Shown piece by piece: positions 48,601 through 62,400 of a stretch of DNA of 64,000 bases. How positions within the stretch are numbered: position 1 is the stretch's first letter; each line of letters starts with the position of its first letter. This DNA is from Tricharina praecox (lineage: Eukaryota). The translations under genes were made by a program, and so were the position numbers. Under the pieces are notes generated by a model. That model searched no databases. It was not told the origin of the DNA and saw nothing but the letters and a program-made list of their open reading frames with translations. The stretch lies in NCBI RefSeq assembly GCF_024521635.1, contig NW_026250408.1, forward strand, positions 186,001 to 250,000, given 5' to 3'.

Positions 48601-49343
48601 TCCGGGCCTGTCCCTCCACTGTTCCCGGCAATGGATAGGTGCCTTGCTTTCTGAGCATGCAGAGAGGGGGAGGGGGGACAGGGGAGGTAAGTGAGGAGTA
48701 GGAGAAGGAGGAAGAAGAGGAGGTAGAGAAGGAGGGCGAGGAGGAGGAGAGGAAGAGGAGGGATGGCCATCCAAGCTTTCCATCCCCTTGTCAGTTGACC
48801 GTCTTAACGGTTGCGGTCAGCGAGGCGGCCAATGGTACTATCCCGTCCTGGATCGAAAGCAACTCACTTTGTGGAACCACAAATCTCGTTGCCCCCCCCC
48901 CCCCCCCCCCCCACCATCGGACGTGGATTGTGGGTGTGTGTGTGGGAGAGGGGACTATGATGGAGGCCATCTTCGATCCCCCTTTGCGGGCATTTTAAAA
49001 GCACACTTGTGCCCGCGTTCTTTCAACATCACTTTCAAACTTCAGCACCTTCGATCTTCCAGACCACCGGCTTTTTTTTCACTTTGAGTCCAATCATACC
49101 AGAAAAACACACCTACCTACATACGACATACGACATCCAGGCACACGCATACATACAACGTTCGTTCGTAACTCGCCCTACTACTCACCACCACCGTCAC
49201 CTCCACCACCACCACATCCACCGTCACCTCCAACACCACCACTGCACCCGAATTCCTCCGTCCCTCCCCCCGTTCCTCCCTCCCCGCCCAAGGTCCGTCA
49301 CGAGAATATCCTCAAAAGCGACGACAAGAAGACCGACACAAAA

Positions 49344-50374
49344 ATGACAAAGAACTGGGAGAGAGAAAAGGAGCGTCTCCATGACCTGTACGTGCTGTCC
49401 GTCCACATTGGCTGGCTTTGCCACACCCCTGCACTCGCTCACGGTGATATGTATCAAGCTATATGCTCCGTCGCATGAAGCTGGCGACGGTCTCTCGGAT
49501 AATGGCACAGGACTACGGATTCCAGGCTTCGTACGTCCTCTCTCATGTGATGCCCCGGGTTTTTTTCCTTTCTCTATTCCTAACAGCTGGGTAAAGGGAA
49601 CGTGCCTACAAACAAAAGTTCAAAGAGTGGAAGTGGTTCAAAAAGACACCAGTAAGCCGCCGCCGCATCCCCCCCTCACCCCCCTGCTTTTGCCATATCA
49701 TATCACATCTCTCGCTCCCTCGCCAGTGCGGCTAACCTGCCCGCCCTCTCCAGCGCCAATCCCCCATCGTCGTGCCAACGGAACATGACATGCCCCCGAT
49801 GCCGCCGATGCCACCGATGGACCCAGACGGCAACGCGGACGACAACTCTCCGCGCGCCAACTCGCTATACCGGCTTATGAGCACGCACTCGGTGGTGCAC
49901 CGCGGGTCCACGCGCGGCATGGCCGCCCCGCTCGAACACCACTACGCGGCGGAGCAGTACGCGCACATCCCCGTGCTCAAGTACGAGCACGACACATACC
50001 CCCCCGTGACGGCCGCGGACATGGGCCACTATGCGCCGAACAATACTGGTCACCCCCAGCAACAACAACAGCAACACATGGGTCCGATGCATAACCAGCA
50101 GCAACACCATCACAACCACAACCACCACCACCATCACCAGCAGTCTCCGCCGGGAATGACGCTCGGCCCCTACCATGGCCGCGGCCCTCAACAGGTCCCG
50201 CTCCCGTCTGTCACCCACCTCCAGCAAGCGGCGCTCAAGGAGAACCTAAGGGAGGCGGAGAGGAGGGTCGAGATCGGACAGTACGAGCAGGCCGAGGCCG
50301 CGTGCGAGAACGCCATGAGGACGCTGAATTGGCTCAAGGAGAATCGGGCTAATGGTTCGGCTGACGGGATGTGA
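49344..50374 (+). CDS. Clr5-domain protein (263 aa, 4 exons), putative transcription or chromatin regulator
   Basis: Exons 49344-49387, 49459-49530, 49597-49651 and 49754-50374 join in frame (792 nt). They give MTKNWEREKERLHDLYMLRRMKLATVSRIMAQDYGFQASERAYKQKFKEWKWFKK, matching the Clr5 pattern W..K..I..LY....L..V...M...GF.A....YK.KF..W...K. A Q/H-rich region and a C-terminal helical hairpin follow. Confidence 0.85.
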
Positions 50375-50664
50375 CTGATGTGAGGTCACTTTTTTTATTT
50401 TTCTTTTCTCTTTTCATTATTTTTTCATTTTCATTTTTTTTGTTTCCCCGGTTCTCGGCGTGGGAATGGATCGATTGATGGATTGATGGATTCGGATGGA
50501 TTGATGGATTCGGATGGATTGGGATGGATGGATTGGGGGCGTAACATATATATTTCGTGTTCACTTTTGGGAATGGGGTTCGGTTTGGTTTGTTTGGTTC
50601 GGGATACCTATCGCTTCTGCTGTTCTGCTGTTGGGTTGTTTTTTCTTTTCGGCCAGTCATTCCG

Positions 50665-51488
50665 GAGAGTACCTTTTATATACCATGAAATACAGGGGGC
50701 AACCTCTTATATACCATGAATACCATGACAGGGACATAGTTTGACCCACAGACCTCCATTATGGCCGCGACAGGCGGTCAGAGTCTGGTGCGAAAATCTC
50801 GTCGGTACGCGATGCCCGCTGCACCGCCACCCTAATTCTGCGTACAAAAAAGAAGTCAACTGGGCAACGAGAGTTCGACAGAGAGAAAAATAATTCTTTT
50901 ACTTTTATTTTATTGAAGCACTGAAGCTCACTACGGTGCTACGTTCCCAACTTTTATAACTATTTCTTCGTGGGTTATGTGTTCCATCAGTTGAGAAGTA
51001 AAATCTTGGTTGGTACTTCAGTGACGAGTCAATCCAATTTAATGGCGGGTGAATTTATTTTAGTGACGAGTCAATCGAACTTAATGACAAGTCAGTAAAT
51101 GTGCGCATGGTGAGTCAGTAACTTTTATGACTCAAGCGATTCCACTCATCTGGTCTGCGCTATTCACAACGCGCGACTGGAGACAAATTCGCCATTAGAC
51201 GGTTATTAAATGCAAGCAGATCCTCATGAAAAATTATTTCACTACGATATCTCGGGGTTCTCTCTTTTTCTATCGTCTTCGTTGCGTCGACGCGTAAGTT
51301 GCAGGATTTTTGCTGTGGCTGGTGAGGGTATCGCGTACCTTTTTAGCTCCACCGCGGGCATACCTTCGCTCAAATCACTTTCGCACCAGACTCTGACCGC
51401 ATGTCGCCGCCTGTCGCGGCCATAATGGAGGTCTGTGGGTCAAACTATGTCCCTGTCATGGTATTCATGGTATATAAAAGGTACTCTC
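50665..51488. mobile_element. Non-autonomous Mutator-like element (MULE-type MITE), 824 bp
   Basis: TIRs 50665-50795 and 51379-51488 (GAGAGTACCTTTTATATACCATGAA...), identical apart from one insertion in each arm. Perfect 9-bp TSD GTCATTCCG at 50656-50664 and 51489-51497. No transposase ORF. Confidence 0.92.
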
Positions 51489-54400
51489 GTCATTCCGGGG
51501 TTTCTTATTTTTTCTTTTCTTTTGGGGGAGGGGGAAGGGTCGTTGGTCGCTCGGTTCATCGATTTAGTCTTTACCGTCTTTTTACTCTACATATTCCTAT
51601 CCGGTCTGTTTCTGGTTTAGTTTGGTTTGTCTGCTGGGCCGTTTTTATTTCTTTATTTACGATCGTCCGTCTTTATCCGTTTCATAACTTTGGGAGGGGA
51701 GGGGAGGGTGTGGGGGAGGAAGAGGAGGGGGGTGGAGGAGGGGGAATAGGAGCTCATTCGTCTGGCATTTTTTGTCTCTCTGTTTCCCCACGTTCTTGGG
51801 TACCCCATACGAAAATTACACGAAGATTCCCAATCGCAATATACCTAGTATCAAAGTACACTCCGATCTGTTCCGCCGTCTCCATGTCCACGCGACCAGT
51901 AAGAAGAGCGCGTTGCGGTCTCGTCTGGAGTTCACGAGTCGAGTCGAGGAGGTATACCACCGGCCCAGGAAGCTGAAGTCCAATGCGAACCCAGTGTTCA
52001 CAATGCACACACCTACGCACAGCCAGTTGCACACACCACACACACACACACGGACACACATACACATAAGCATCGGATTTGCTTTTTTCCCTTTTTGTTA
52101 TTGCTTTTGTGCAATTTTTTTGCTTTTGCCTGTTTCGCCTTTTGCCTTTTTGCCTTTTTTGTGCATTTTTTTGCGTGCTTTTACTTGTTTTTTGCCTTTC
52201 GCCTTTCGCCCTCACCGTGTGGGAGGGAGCGAGGTCTGGGGTTCGACGTCGATCCCACACCGGTCCCTACGCACCGCCGTTCACTTGCCTGCCGGTCGTG
52301 TGTACCTAGTAGAGGATGTGTGATATGCACACCGTACATGGTGACCCACGTACATGATCTTCGCGGAGAAGTACGGTGGCCATCATCTGTTGATGGGGGC
52401 GGGGGAGGAGGGACGAGGAGACGGGAGGCGAGGGGGGGGCACGGATGGTCACGATCCTCGCGGCGGTCTTAACTAGGACTCGGGAGGCGCGGAGTGCCCT
52501 ATTCAAGCGAGGGGCAGATTTGTTATGTATGTGTGTCAGTGAGGACTATACTTAACCTACTTGGTATGTAGATAGATATATCTAGCACACACACACACAC
52601 GCCCATCCACGCCCACCTACGCCCACGGACGCCCACCACCACCACCACCCAACTGGAGGAACGGCTGCCCGTGCATAGCATGCGGTTGCAAACGGAACGT
52701 CAATCCGTCCATCAGTCCAGTCCGTCCGGCTGGCTGGCGGGGGGAATTGGCTGGCTGGCGGGGGCGAATCCCCATTCCCATGATCAATTCGGTGCGTGGT
52801 CACTGGAGGCCGCTGGTGTCCGTGTCTAATCTTCTCGGAGTCTCGCCGGAGACAGTAAATAAAAATAATTAAATGGATAAAGAAGTAAATAAAAATGGCC
52901 AAACGTTTCTAATGCGGAGGTCCCTCGAGCCGAGTAACCAACGGTAAGTAACTTTTTCGCGGACTTCGGCTTGGCGGCTGGCGGGGAAACGAAAGAGCTG
53001 CTGTGATCTGCTACAGTGCTGTTGGGCGCAGATGCCAGATTGTGGCCGTTAATTAACGGTTGCAATTGCATGTCTGACACTCTATGTAGAGTCTGAGACT
53101 CCAAGAGCCCATCCAGGAATCCATGATCGCCATCGATGATCGCGCAGCGTTGGGGACTTTTGCTCTTATCTGCTGTGCTGTGGTTGGCCCGCTAACCAGC
53201 AAGATAGTCACTTGGATCATGGATGTACATAGAGTAGTTACGGACTTGCGTAGCGAGGACTCGCGTGCAGATGCAGCTTTCAGCACCACCGGCGAGCCAG
53301 CTGCTAGCCAGGCCAGCCAACCGCTGTGGCGCATCATAACACCGTATCATACCAGTATGTTCCCGAGTACTATGATAGTAAGAGTAGATACACTACGGAT
53401 ATGTATGCCCTTGACTCAGGATCGAGATCGATGGCGGGCCTGGGGGACTGAGAGGCCTGAGGGGGGATACCGAATGTAACTGCTCGAGGAGTCGTGGACT
53501 GATCACGCTATGTATTGCAGCTGGCGGGGGTTTGAAGTTTCTCCTTCTTGCGCGGCGCCTAGGTAACCTTCATACCGCACCCAACCCCACTGCACCGCAC
53601 TCCAATCCAGCCTCCCTCCAGAGTTCAGCGCAGCCATCAGAGTCCCTAGCGAATGAGCGTCGTTTCTCCGTTTCTCCATTGCTGCAACGGCTGCAACGGC
53701 TGCAACAGCTGCTCCCACCCCCGCGTCGGAAGGCCTCGCTCACTCGTCCACGGCCGGACCCACAGCAGAGGTCATGCCAATCATCTGCAGCTAGGTGCTG
53801 CGGAAAAAATCCTTGCAGCGATCCCGATCGTGATCGTGAAAAAAGGGTACCGACACCTCGGTTGGCTGCGAATCGTGAGGCTTGTTTAACGGTTCTCTGG
53901 GGAATTTTCGGGTCCGATCGTGAGCTTGGGAGCCTATGTACGAGAAGAGACATGCATGGAGCGGCGCGTAGTACATACCTAAGAAGTAGGTACATACTTC
54001 AGTATGGTAGGTGGGTATATACTCCGTGGGTGGTGCAGAAACGGCGCCGTTCCTTCGGCGAGGGAAAGGCGGCGGGCGGGATCGGGAACTAGTTGCTAGA
54101 GGAAAGTAATAGTAGCAGTAGTTAGCACGAAACAGTCGCGATTTCAACACTTCCCCTATTGGTTTTTTTTCCCTGCAGATAGTGGTGGTGGTGGTGGTGG
54201 TGCGGGTGCGGGGGATAGGACGAAATATTTCCGATCCAGTTCCGGCCCGTGAGCAATGAGTCCGCCGCAGCCATACGCGCGGTCACCGTAGTCTGGTTTT
54301 TCGAGTGCTCTTTGCCGATGCCTCTCCAGGCCTGACGAGAAAGGAACCGTACACAGAGGAGAGAGAGGAGAGAGAGGAGAGAGAGGAGAGAGAGAGGAGA

Positions 54401-54654
54401 GAGAGAGGAGATGGGGGATTGACCGTCTATTTGATAGATGATGATCGAGAAAGAAAGAAGAAGAAGAAGACCCCGCCATGCCCGCCAACGTTGAAGCCCG
54501 CCAATGCTGAAGCCTACTACTAACCACATTCGGTTTCTGCCGCCGACAGGAGTCCTCCTTCACTTCCTCCTCTCGCCGACAGCTGTCCTTCTCTCGCCGA
54601 CAGCTCCTCCATCGCTCCACCACACTGGAGTCTGATACCCCCCGGGGTCCACAT

Positions 54655-54955
54655 ACGTACTGAGGGGTGAGGAGGCAGAGGCGGCTTGGCGTCTTCGGTG
54701 ATCACCGGAGAGAGGAGACCTCGTTGAGACCTGGTGGGACCTGGGTGTTGTGGAGGCGGGACCCGATGCAGACCCGACGCGGTCGTCCAACGCTTAATTG
54801 TTTTTGTTGTCACTATTTCTGTTCCTATTGTCGTCGACTCGTCGTTCGGTTCTCTCTAGAAATCTCCACCTTCTACATCATCACCATCGACCGAAACCTC
54901 TGGTTCAATTGATCATGTGTTTGTTCCTCACCCGTTTTTGGGTTTCTCGGTACCC
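54655..54955 (+). repeat. Repeat family C copy 2
   Basis: Colinear with 21565-21880. Confidence 0.75.
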
Positions 54956-55784
54956 ATTTACGTAGGGGGCTTTCCAACTGCGGCGTTTGTCGGCGCGCGT
55001 GTGAAATCCGTGTTTAGCCATCCAGAGTCCACGGACAGGTTCGCTGTTTCACGGCTTCACTCCACATTTACTGCCCACGTAGAGTACATCACGACTTTGG
55101 TGTAGATACCTGCCAGACTCGCCCGTCGATTCGACGTTGCGGGTTTCATCCAGCCCAGCCACGGTACGCCAGAATAGCTCGTAATTGCTTCTTTTCCTGC
55201 ACACACACTTGTGCGACACCAATGCCCAAACCCGGTTCTTTGCTCTTCGCACTCGGAGCATGATTAGAGTGGGTACTAGCGGAAGAGGGAATTACGGAAA
55301 AATAGAAATCAGCTCGAGTAACTCCGAAAATCCCTGCCAAGAGCCCTAATCCGGAGCGCTGGTTGCCGCATCGGGGTGGTCACTAGAACTAATTTAGTAA
55401 CCCGTGGTGCGCTTGGGACTCGTCGACTCGTCGCAGGATCAAAGGATCATACCGTTGATCGGGCCTGAGATGCATCTCTGCCTGTTACCTGGTCTCTGGT
55501 ATCTTTCGAGGGGGAGGCCGGATCATCTCTGCATTCTCTCCTTCCGCATCCACGCAGACCATAGTTACGATACAACATTGCTCGTCACTCCTTGCTTGAT
55601 CGGCGCCCGATTTCTGATTCGCAACAAGTTACAACACGATAAGGCGTTAAACTTGGACCGCTCCAAACTGCTTGTATACCTCTTGCATTCCGATGACTCG
55701 ATGCACCAGGACCGACAGGCGCCTCCGACAGGCGATGCGCATCCTCGCCGGTTTCCGTCCGCAACACCATGGCGCGGGCTAGAT

Positions 55785-56110
55785 GGGGACGGGTGCGGAG
55801 GACGAGGCGGCTTGGCGTCATTGGCGAGCACCTGAGAGAGAGAGACCTTGCTGAGACTTTGTGTTTGGGATGAGCGACCTTGTTGGGACTAGGGGGGACC
55901 TGGTCGGACCTAAGTGCTATGGAGGTGGGACCCGGATCAGACCTGATACGGTCGTTCAACGTTGACTTGTTATCTATTTCTTCTAACTATTCTGTTCTGC
56001 CTGTCTGTCCGTCTTGCTTTCTTCTGATCATCATCATCACCATGCAACAAAAACCTCACTTTCAATTGATCAACCCTTTTTGTCTCATCCAGTTTTTGGG
56101 TCTGTCACCA
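55785..56110 (+). repeat. Repeat family C copy 3 (more diverged, with a ~40-nt insertion)
   Basis: Colinear with 21565-21880 and 54655-54955. Confidence 0.7.
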
Positions 56111-59100
56111 GCTTATTTGCACTTTTCGCCCTGCCGCCGCCACCACCACCACTATGGCACCACCCCAACCGCCGCCACCGGCATCACCGGAACCTGTAGG
56201 CCCCCCCGCCCATGAATGGGGGTGCCGGTGCTGGCAAAATGGACCTGAAGGTATGAACGATCGCCACACACCCCGCCGAAGCTGAGCGAAGTTGTGCGGT
56301 TTTTTCTTTCTTTTTTCCCTTTTTTTTTCCGCCTGCACTTGCCCTTCCCTTCCTTGTTGTGCGGGGAATACCTACGGTGCACTTCGCCTTAGGACAGGAA
56401 CCGAATTCGGAATATCACGCGAGGCAGCTAGCCGGAAATTGTTTCGAAGGTGGGTGCGGGGGCTAAGTATAGGGCTAAACAGTACTAACTTCTAAGTATA
56501 GGGAGCTCCCTAACAAGGGCTTATCGCGGAATCAGACGAAAGGGATGGGCGACCCCACGACTCGCAAGTGTTCGACGGTATCATACATACAAATCTACAT
56601 ACATAGCGGAGAGAGCTACATACTAGTACATACTACGGTGCTCTGAGGTATGTGAGGGGGGCGGGCACGGATTCTCGCCGCGCAGCTTCCCTTCCTGCAA
56701 CTTGGTCGCCACAGTCCGATACAGTTCCCACCACTGCGCAGAGGGAGAGGGAGAGGGGGCTCGCCATACGGTATGTATACCCAAGTACTTCCCCATGTAC
56801 GTGCTTTTTTGTGTCCCTTTTATGATATGATATGAAGTTAATGCGCACTTGTGTGCTCTAGTTATCCATGCACGGAGAGAAACCGGTAATGGTACATAAT
56901 ACTCTTCATTAGTGCCGTTTTCCGTCCCTGGTTCGCATTTCCCCTCATCCTCCCGCGGTCCGGATCTTGAGTAGCGGTGGGCTTCCCCGGCCTTACCCTC
57001 GCCATTGACGATGCTTGAAGTTTGTTTTGTTGTGGAAGGTATCATAGCCACGACGTCGGAGAGAGAGACTCTGTTTTACGCGCCGGTACGGTATGTACTT
57101 CATGCCAGACCTTCCTCCCGAGGTCATCTGCCAGAACGTATGTATGTACGATCGTTCAACGAGCGGGCCAACCACTAGTACATAACTCTACTCTAGCTTC
57201 TCAAGCTCCGACGCCAGCCGAGTTGCAATCAGTTGGGTTATCGGTTGGTTCGAGCTGCGCCTAATGCAGGGATCTACTTCACTAGAGTGGAGGGGAAATA
57301 CCAACCTTGCAGTGCTCACTGCTCAGCCCGGGGACTCGGGGGGAGGGGTGGGGAATGGGATGTTTTGGGATGGTTCTAGGCTCTAGAGACGCCTAATGCA
57401 AGGAAGGAAAAAGAGAGGCCCCCATTTCTGCCTATTCGTCCATCATCTTCAATGTCACATAACCATTTACTGACCTAGAGTCCAGGGAACGACCTCCTGG
57501 ACTGTGCTCCTGGAGGTCTACGAGAAACTGCAGATACATACCAAACCTATCAGCCAACAGTCCATCGGTTTAGAGTATCGACGAGCCACGGGAATGGCAA
57601 TGATCCAAAGGCCGCTGACTACTACGATATGTTAACTTTCCCCCCCCCCTCCCCCCCACCCCCACTAAAGTATGAATGGACCACCAATACCGGTATCTAC
57701 ACACTTACTCGACTGCATGTCAACAGGTTCGATATGAGAGAACCTCGCCAGCCAGCTGCCTGAAGGTACGGAATCTAATTCGCTGCCTGCAACTATCGGG
57801 GGGTTAACGGTTCCCGTCAGGTTTAGTAACGTCGACGACCATGTTCACTACTACACACACGTGAAGGAGTCCATAACAATTTCTCCGAAACGCTGTGCAT
57901 ACTGGTTGGTATGTACGTATGACACTCCGATTTGCTTGCGCTTGTGGACATGTACATATGCGGGATTTTGCCCAGCGGCTTGCTCCGACTATCGACGACC
58001 GAGCCACTTGACTGGTGGTGGGAGACGGGGATGAGCCTTCGCGGACGCGATAACAGGAGGACGCGATTGACTAGGTAGTGAAGCCCCTCCCATTCCGCAC
58101 ACGGGTTGCCGGCCGGCTTTCCGTTCCGACCACTGGTGGAGAGGGCCACCACCTCCACCACCACCACCACCACCACCGAGTAGTACAGTTGGATGCGCAC
58201 GCCCAGGCCTCAGCAGCGTTACGCGTATGTATGTATGCGTGCACTCGACCTTCCGCCTTGGCTCTTTGAACTTTGCGCAGGGTGCAGAGTGCATTCCCAT
58301 GACCGCCCGCGCCTGCGAGAGCAAAAGGGCCTCAAAAAGCAAAACTCCTCTCGCTCACTACACTGCACTACACTACACTAGAGATTATGAACCCGACCGA
58401 GCACGCACAGCAAAACCACGACGCCCCGTTCGCTTGCGTTGTCGGAAAAGGAGTCTCAGGTCGATGGGAGGCGGTTTCGCTGCCGCTCGCAGCAAGCACA
58501 TATGACCGTGTGCGCTTTCCTTGGCCCGTCCGGCACGCATGCACGTTCGTTCGCGAGGGTTTCCGGATCCGTTCTGTTTCCTTTGGCTAAGCGCTAAACC
58601 ACCATCCGTGCGAAGTCTATATGAGCACGTAGTTACGGCTGGTCAGACACAATAGCTGCACTTTGTGAGCGCTGGCCTGTTTTCCCCTGCGGAGCGGCGG
58701 AAGGTGACCGCGATCGACACTTTCGTTGCCGCAGCGCAAGCGTGGTGTCTTCGCTCCTATTATCGAGGTTCTGGCCCGTCTTACTTAACTCCCGTCCTAT
58801 TTTTCAGAGTAAGTAAGCACAAAACTTAAACGAAGTTCTGCAGCGGCCGTCGTAACGTATCGTTCTTGGCATTGCATAACCTATCCAAAACCAAAAAAAG
58901 TCGGTCGGGTGGCGGGGAGAGGCGACCCATAACCAGCTAAAGCCACAACCAACAATCCACCGTGATGCCATGACACCGCGACGCCGCGACGCGCAACTCA
59001 ACCGTTCACAAGAGAAAAAACCCCATTTGTAGCGACCGTAGGGAATTTGATTTGATGCGAACGACGTAATAGAGTCCATATTGAACTGAAGCCTTGATAG

Positions 59101-61385
59101 TGATGGTTGTGGTTGTGGGAGTTCTCTCTCTGTACCTCCGCGTGCGCCACAGGAGTCTCTGACATGAGTTGTGGCTGAATTCTCAATCAGGTAGTTTGTT
59201 TACATCTTGGGTGCACAGGACGGACAGGGGTTACGCCCAAGTTTTCCTGTGCATACTTTGCCCGGCGTTGTCAGCCTCGTCCATAGCCTCGACGATGTGC
59301 TTAAATTTACTCCCTGGACCCACCCCTGCAACACCCCTGCAACCCTCCGTTGCTGTGACGACCTATGTAAGACGGGCTGTGCAGAACCTCGATATAGGGC
59401 TGCTTTGCCGAAAGCGCTGCTTGGTAGTCTTGGAGTGATACGCCCACCCCCCCTCCCCCACCCCTAACGAAGTTCATCCGGGATCCGCAGTTCCTCTACG
59501 TTCTTCGTGGGTAGTTCTTTGCCCAGTGTTTTCCATTTCCCTGTCTGGTTGGTCTGCTTTCTGTGGATCGAACTGAAGAGCCAGCTATGGGGGCGGGGGG
59601 AGACGCCTATATCAAGACGGTTATGGCCTGTACGATACAAAGGGATGCGATGTAAGATTTTGTATTCCGTTCGTGTGCTTTGAATCGCCGATGCTTACTT
59701 GCAGCAAGCGGATACTGCGTTTCTTCCCATGGGATCAAGAATTAAGAGAGCAGGCATGACCCAGGAAACGCGTTTGGCCCGTGGGTAGGGCCAACGAAAG
59801 GGATGTACCGGTATGTCACATAGCTTACTCCCGCCCCTCGCTCTCCTCTCCCTCCTCCTCCTCCTCCTACTCCTCATCACCACAATATCAACCGCGCACT
59901 AACACGTCCAGCGTCTGGTTCTCTGCCAGGCCGCCATACTCCACCACCCTGGGCCGAATACCCTATCGTATTTCGAGGCTTCGAGTACGCGCATGGTAGC
60001 TACAGGAAGCGCGAACCCCCCTCAGCTCTACTAGAGCGAGTCAGATACCAACGTCGAGCCTCCCCAAAAACTCGAAACTCCTTGCTTCCCGTACGGACCA
60101 GACCCATGGTAAGAGGGGGGGTGTGACTCCTTGGACTTCGCAGCAGCAGATGAGTACGAACGCCCACCTGACGCGGTCTGCAAGCAATCGTAGGCTTCGT
60201 ATGTACCTCGGGCTTTCGCAACGACTCCGATACGAGGTCGGAGGAGCGGACAGTGACGAAAGCATAATCTTCCCCTTCGTGTAGATGGTTATCGATCGTT
60301 GATATGGCCATCCATTGCAGCTCGTGTTCTCTTCCTGTGGCCATCCGCGCCGCCGCCCTCTCATGCCGAATACATTTCGATTCTGACTGCATGTGATTTG
60401 CGACATACCGCATTCCTTGCTTCGGGGTTAGAGTGTTTCGCACCGCCGCGGGATTCGGGCTAGTTCCAGAGATCTCCTACCTCATCTCTAGCTGCTACGA
60501 GCTAGTGGGTGATGGCGGTGGTGGTGCTGGTGGAGGTGGTGGTGCTGCTACGAGCTAGTGGATAACTACTTGGTGGAGGTGGTGGTGGTGTTGCTGCTCC
60601 AACCAGCCTGCCAGCCTGCATTTCGGCGTTTACCCTACTGCTCTTCCTCTGTCGCGGGCGGATACCCTCCCTCCAGCACGCAGTATGCATATGATATCGA
60701 TCGAGCCAACCAACCACTGCACAGCAACCGCAGCGCTCTCTGGCTGCTGTCCCAACCCGCCCTGCACGCTTGTATACGGGCGTTTGTTCTCGACGCCATA
60801 GGCCCACGCATACAAAGTACGAAGCGCTATGCGGATTCGTCGGTGTCAGCACTCTTTCCGCGGTGCGTCCTACCCCCGCCCACCCGCCGTGAGGCGGAAG
60901 TAAGTACATTCCCAAGACCAGGCTTGACGGAGGGAAGGGAGGGAGCGAGGGAGGGGCTCATGGGATCACTCGTGATCACTCGTGATCACTCGTGACACTG
61001 CGCTGTGGTGATCACTCATGACCGCTTTTCCCGCCCACTAACCAACTACCACTGCGCGGTGCCGGCTTGCCCCCGCGCCCACCGCTCGGACGCAAGAACC
61101 CACGGGACGGGACGTGGCGGAGAGACATGGTTCAGGGGCCGGGGGCGGATAGATCTTGCAGCTCACTCCTCAGTCACCCGGGGGAAGGGGCACTTTGCGA
61201 CTGTGCGAGTACATACTTATGTGAGGAAAAAAAGGATACTCTGTTGCGTTGCGAACGCTAGTCTCCACTAACCACTTAAAGGAATTAGCACTGCCACACC
61301 CTCACTCCCACCGTACAATTTATGGCATCGCTTGGCGCGCTGATTGACTCTTGGCGCGCTGACTGACTCGGCGTGCTGACGGGCC

Positions 61386-61846
61386 CGGCGCGCTCACTGG
61401 AGTGGAAACATGCATGTAGGCTGCGACATCACCATCACTCGGTTTTCTCAATGAACTGGAAATAGAAGTATTTATGTAACCGCATCTCCCAGCGGGCTCA
61501 GTGAACTGGAAATAAAAGTATGTAGGTAATAGCATCACCTTGAACTGTAAATAAAATTATGTGGGTAGCAGTATCATCCAGTGCGCTCGGCGAACTGGAA
61601 TAAGAGTATGTAGGTGGCAGCATCACCCAATGCGCTCAGAAGCATAAAAGTATATAGGCAACATCATCACCCCGCGCTCAGAAGTATCACCGGCGCGCTC
61701 AGTGAACTGGAATAAAAGTTTGTAGGTAACAGCATCACCTGGCGCGCTCAGAAGCATCACCCGCGCTCAGCAGCATCACCCAGTGCGATCAGTGAACTGG
61801 AATAAAAGTATATAGGCAACTGCATCACCCGGCGCGCTCTGTGAAA
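61386..61846. repeat. Degenerate ~49-bp minisatellite
   Basis: About 8 copies of consensus CGCGCTCAGTGAACTGGAATAAAAGTATGTAGGTAACAGCATCACCCGG, with interspersed ~19-bp sub-units GCGCTCAGAAGCATCACC. Confidence 0.85.
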
Positions 61847-62337
61847 TGTCGCGACAGGAAAACAAAGAGACAAAACACTCCGCAAATAAATCTATTACAA
61901 TTCTTCCGCTTGTTCATTTTGTGGGTGGAGTCAATTGTGCCAAGTGTCCCCATTTCTGTAGAATCTCAACCCGCGATGGCAACACAAAAACCATTCCCCA
62001 ACGAAGTACTTTCTTTGAATCGAGGACAGAGAAATCCTTCTGAACGATGGTATTCGCGGTGAGTCGGCAAAGACACTGTGGTACCTATCCGCGGCGACAA
62101 AACTGTGGTATCCGCGACGCGAAACCGTGGTATCCACGGCGAGGAAATTGCTAAAGAGTAGGAGCTGTCAGTCGGACAGCGAAGGATAGTGAACTTACTA
62201 GCGGATGATTCGTTGCGGAGACAGTGTGCTGTCCGCATCGCGGAAGGTGTGTACGTGGTGAATTTTTGGTGATGGTAACGCGTCTGCAGAAGGATGCCCC
62301 CCCCTGAACGCATATCCCCCGAGCACTGTGGCGCTGT

Positions 62338-62400
62338 ACTTTTTTTTTATTTTTATTTACGGTGCCCAAAAGACTTTAGCGTATAAAACGCAGCACCTAC
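62338..62400 (-). mobile_element. Possible SINE/LINE 3' tail remnant
   Basis: Minus strand reads GGTGCTGCGTTTTATACGCT...GGGCACCGTAAATAAAAATAAAAAAAAAA, a short hairpin followed by an A-rich tail. No TSD found. Confidence 0.3.

Noticed and set aside
52215..52265. GAGGTC-TGGGGTTCGA..TCCCACAC, like a tRNA 3' half
   Set aside because: No A-box or D arm upstream and the loop is interrupted; could be chance.
59200..59320. Minus-strand peptide HIVEAMDEADNAG resembling a NACHT Walker B
   Set aside because: Too short, with no supporting Walker A or colinear flanking similarity.
52826..60443. Coding-looking minus-strand stretches near 52830-53330 and 60000-60443
   Set aside because: No recognisable domain, no consistent splice model, and an internal stop in the first; possibly ancient relics but unsupported.
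61386..61846. CRISPR-like array
   Set aside because: Eukaryotic context, degenerate head-to-tail units with no unique spacers, and no cas genes.
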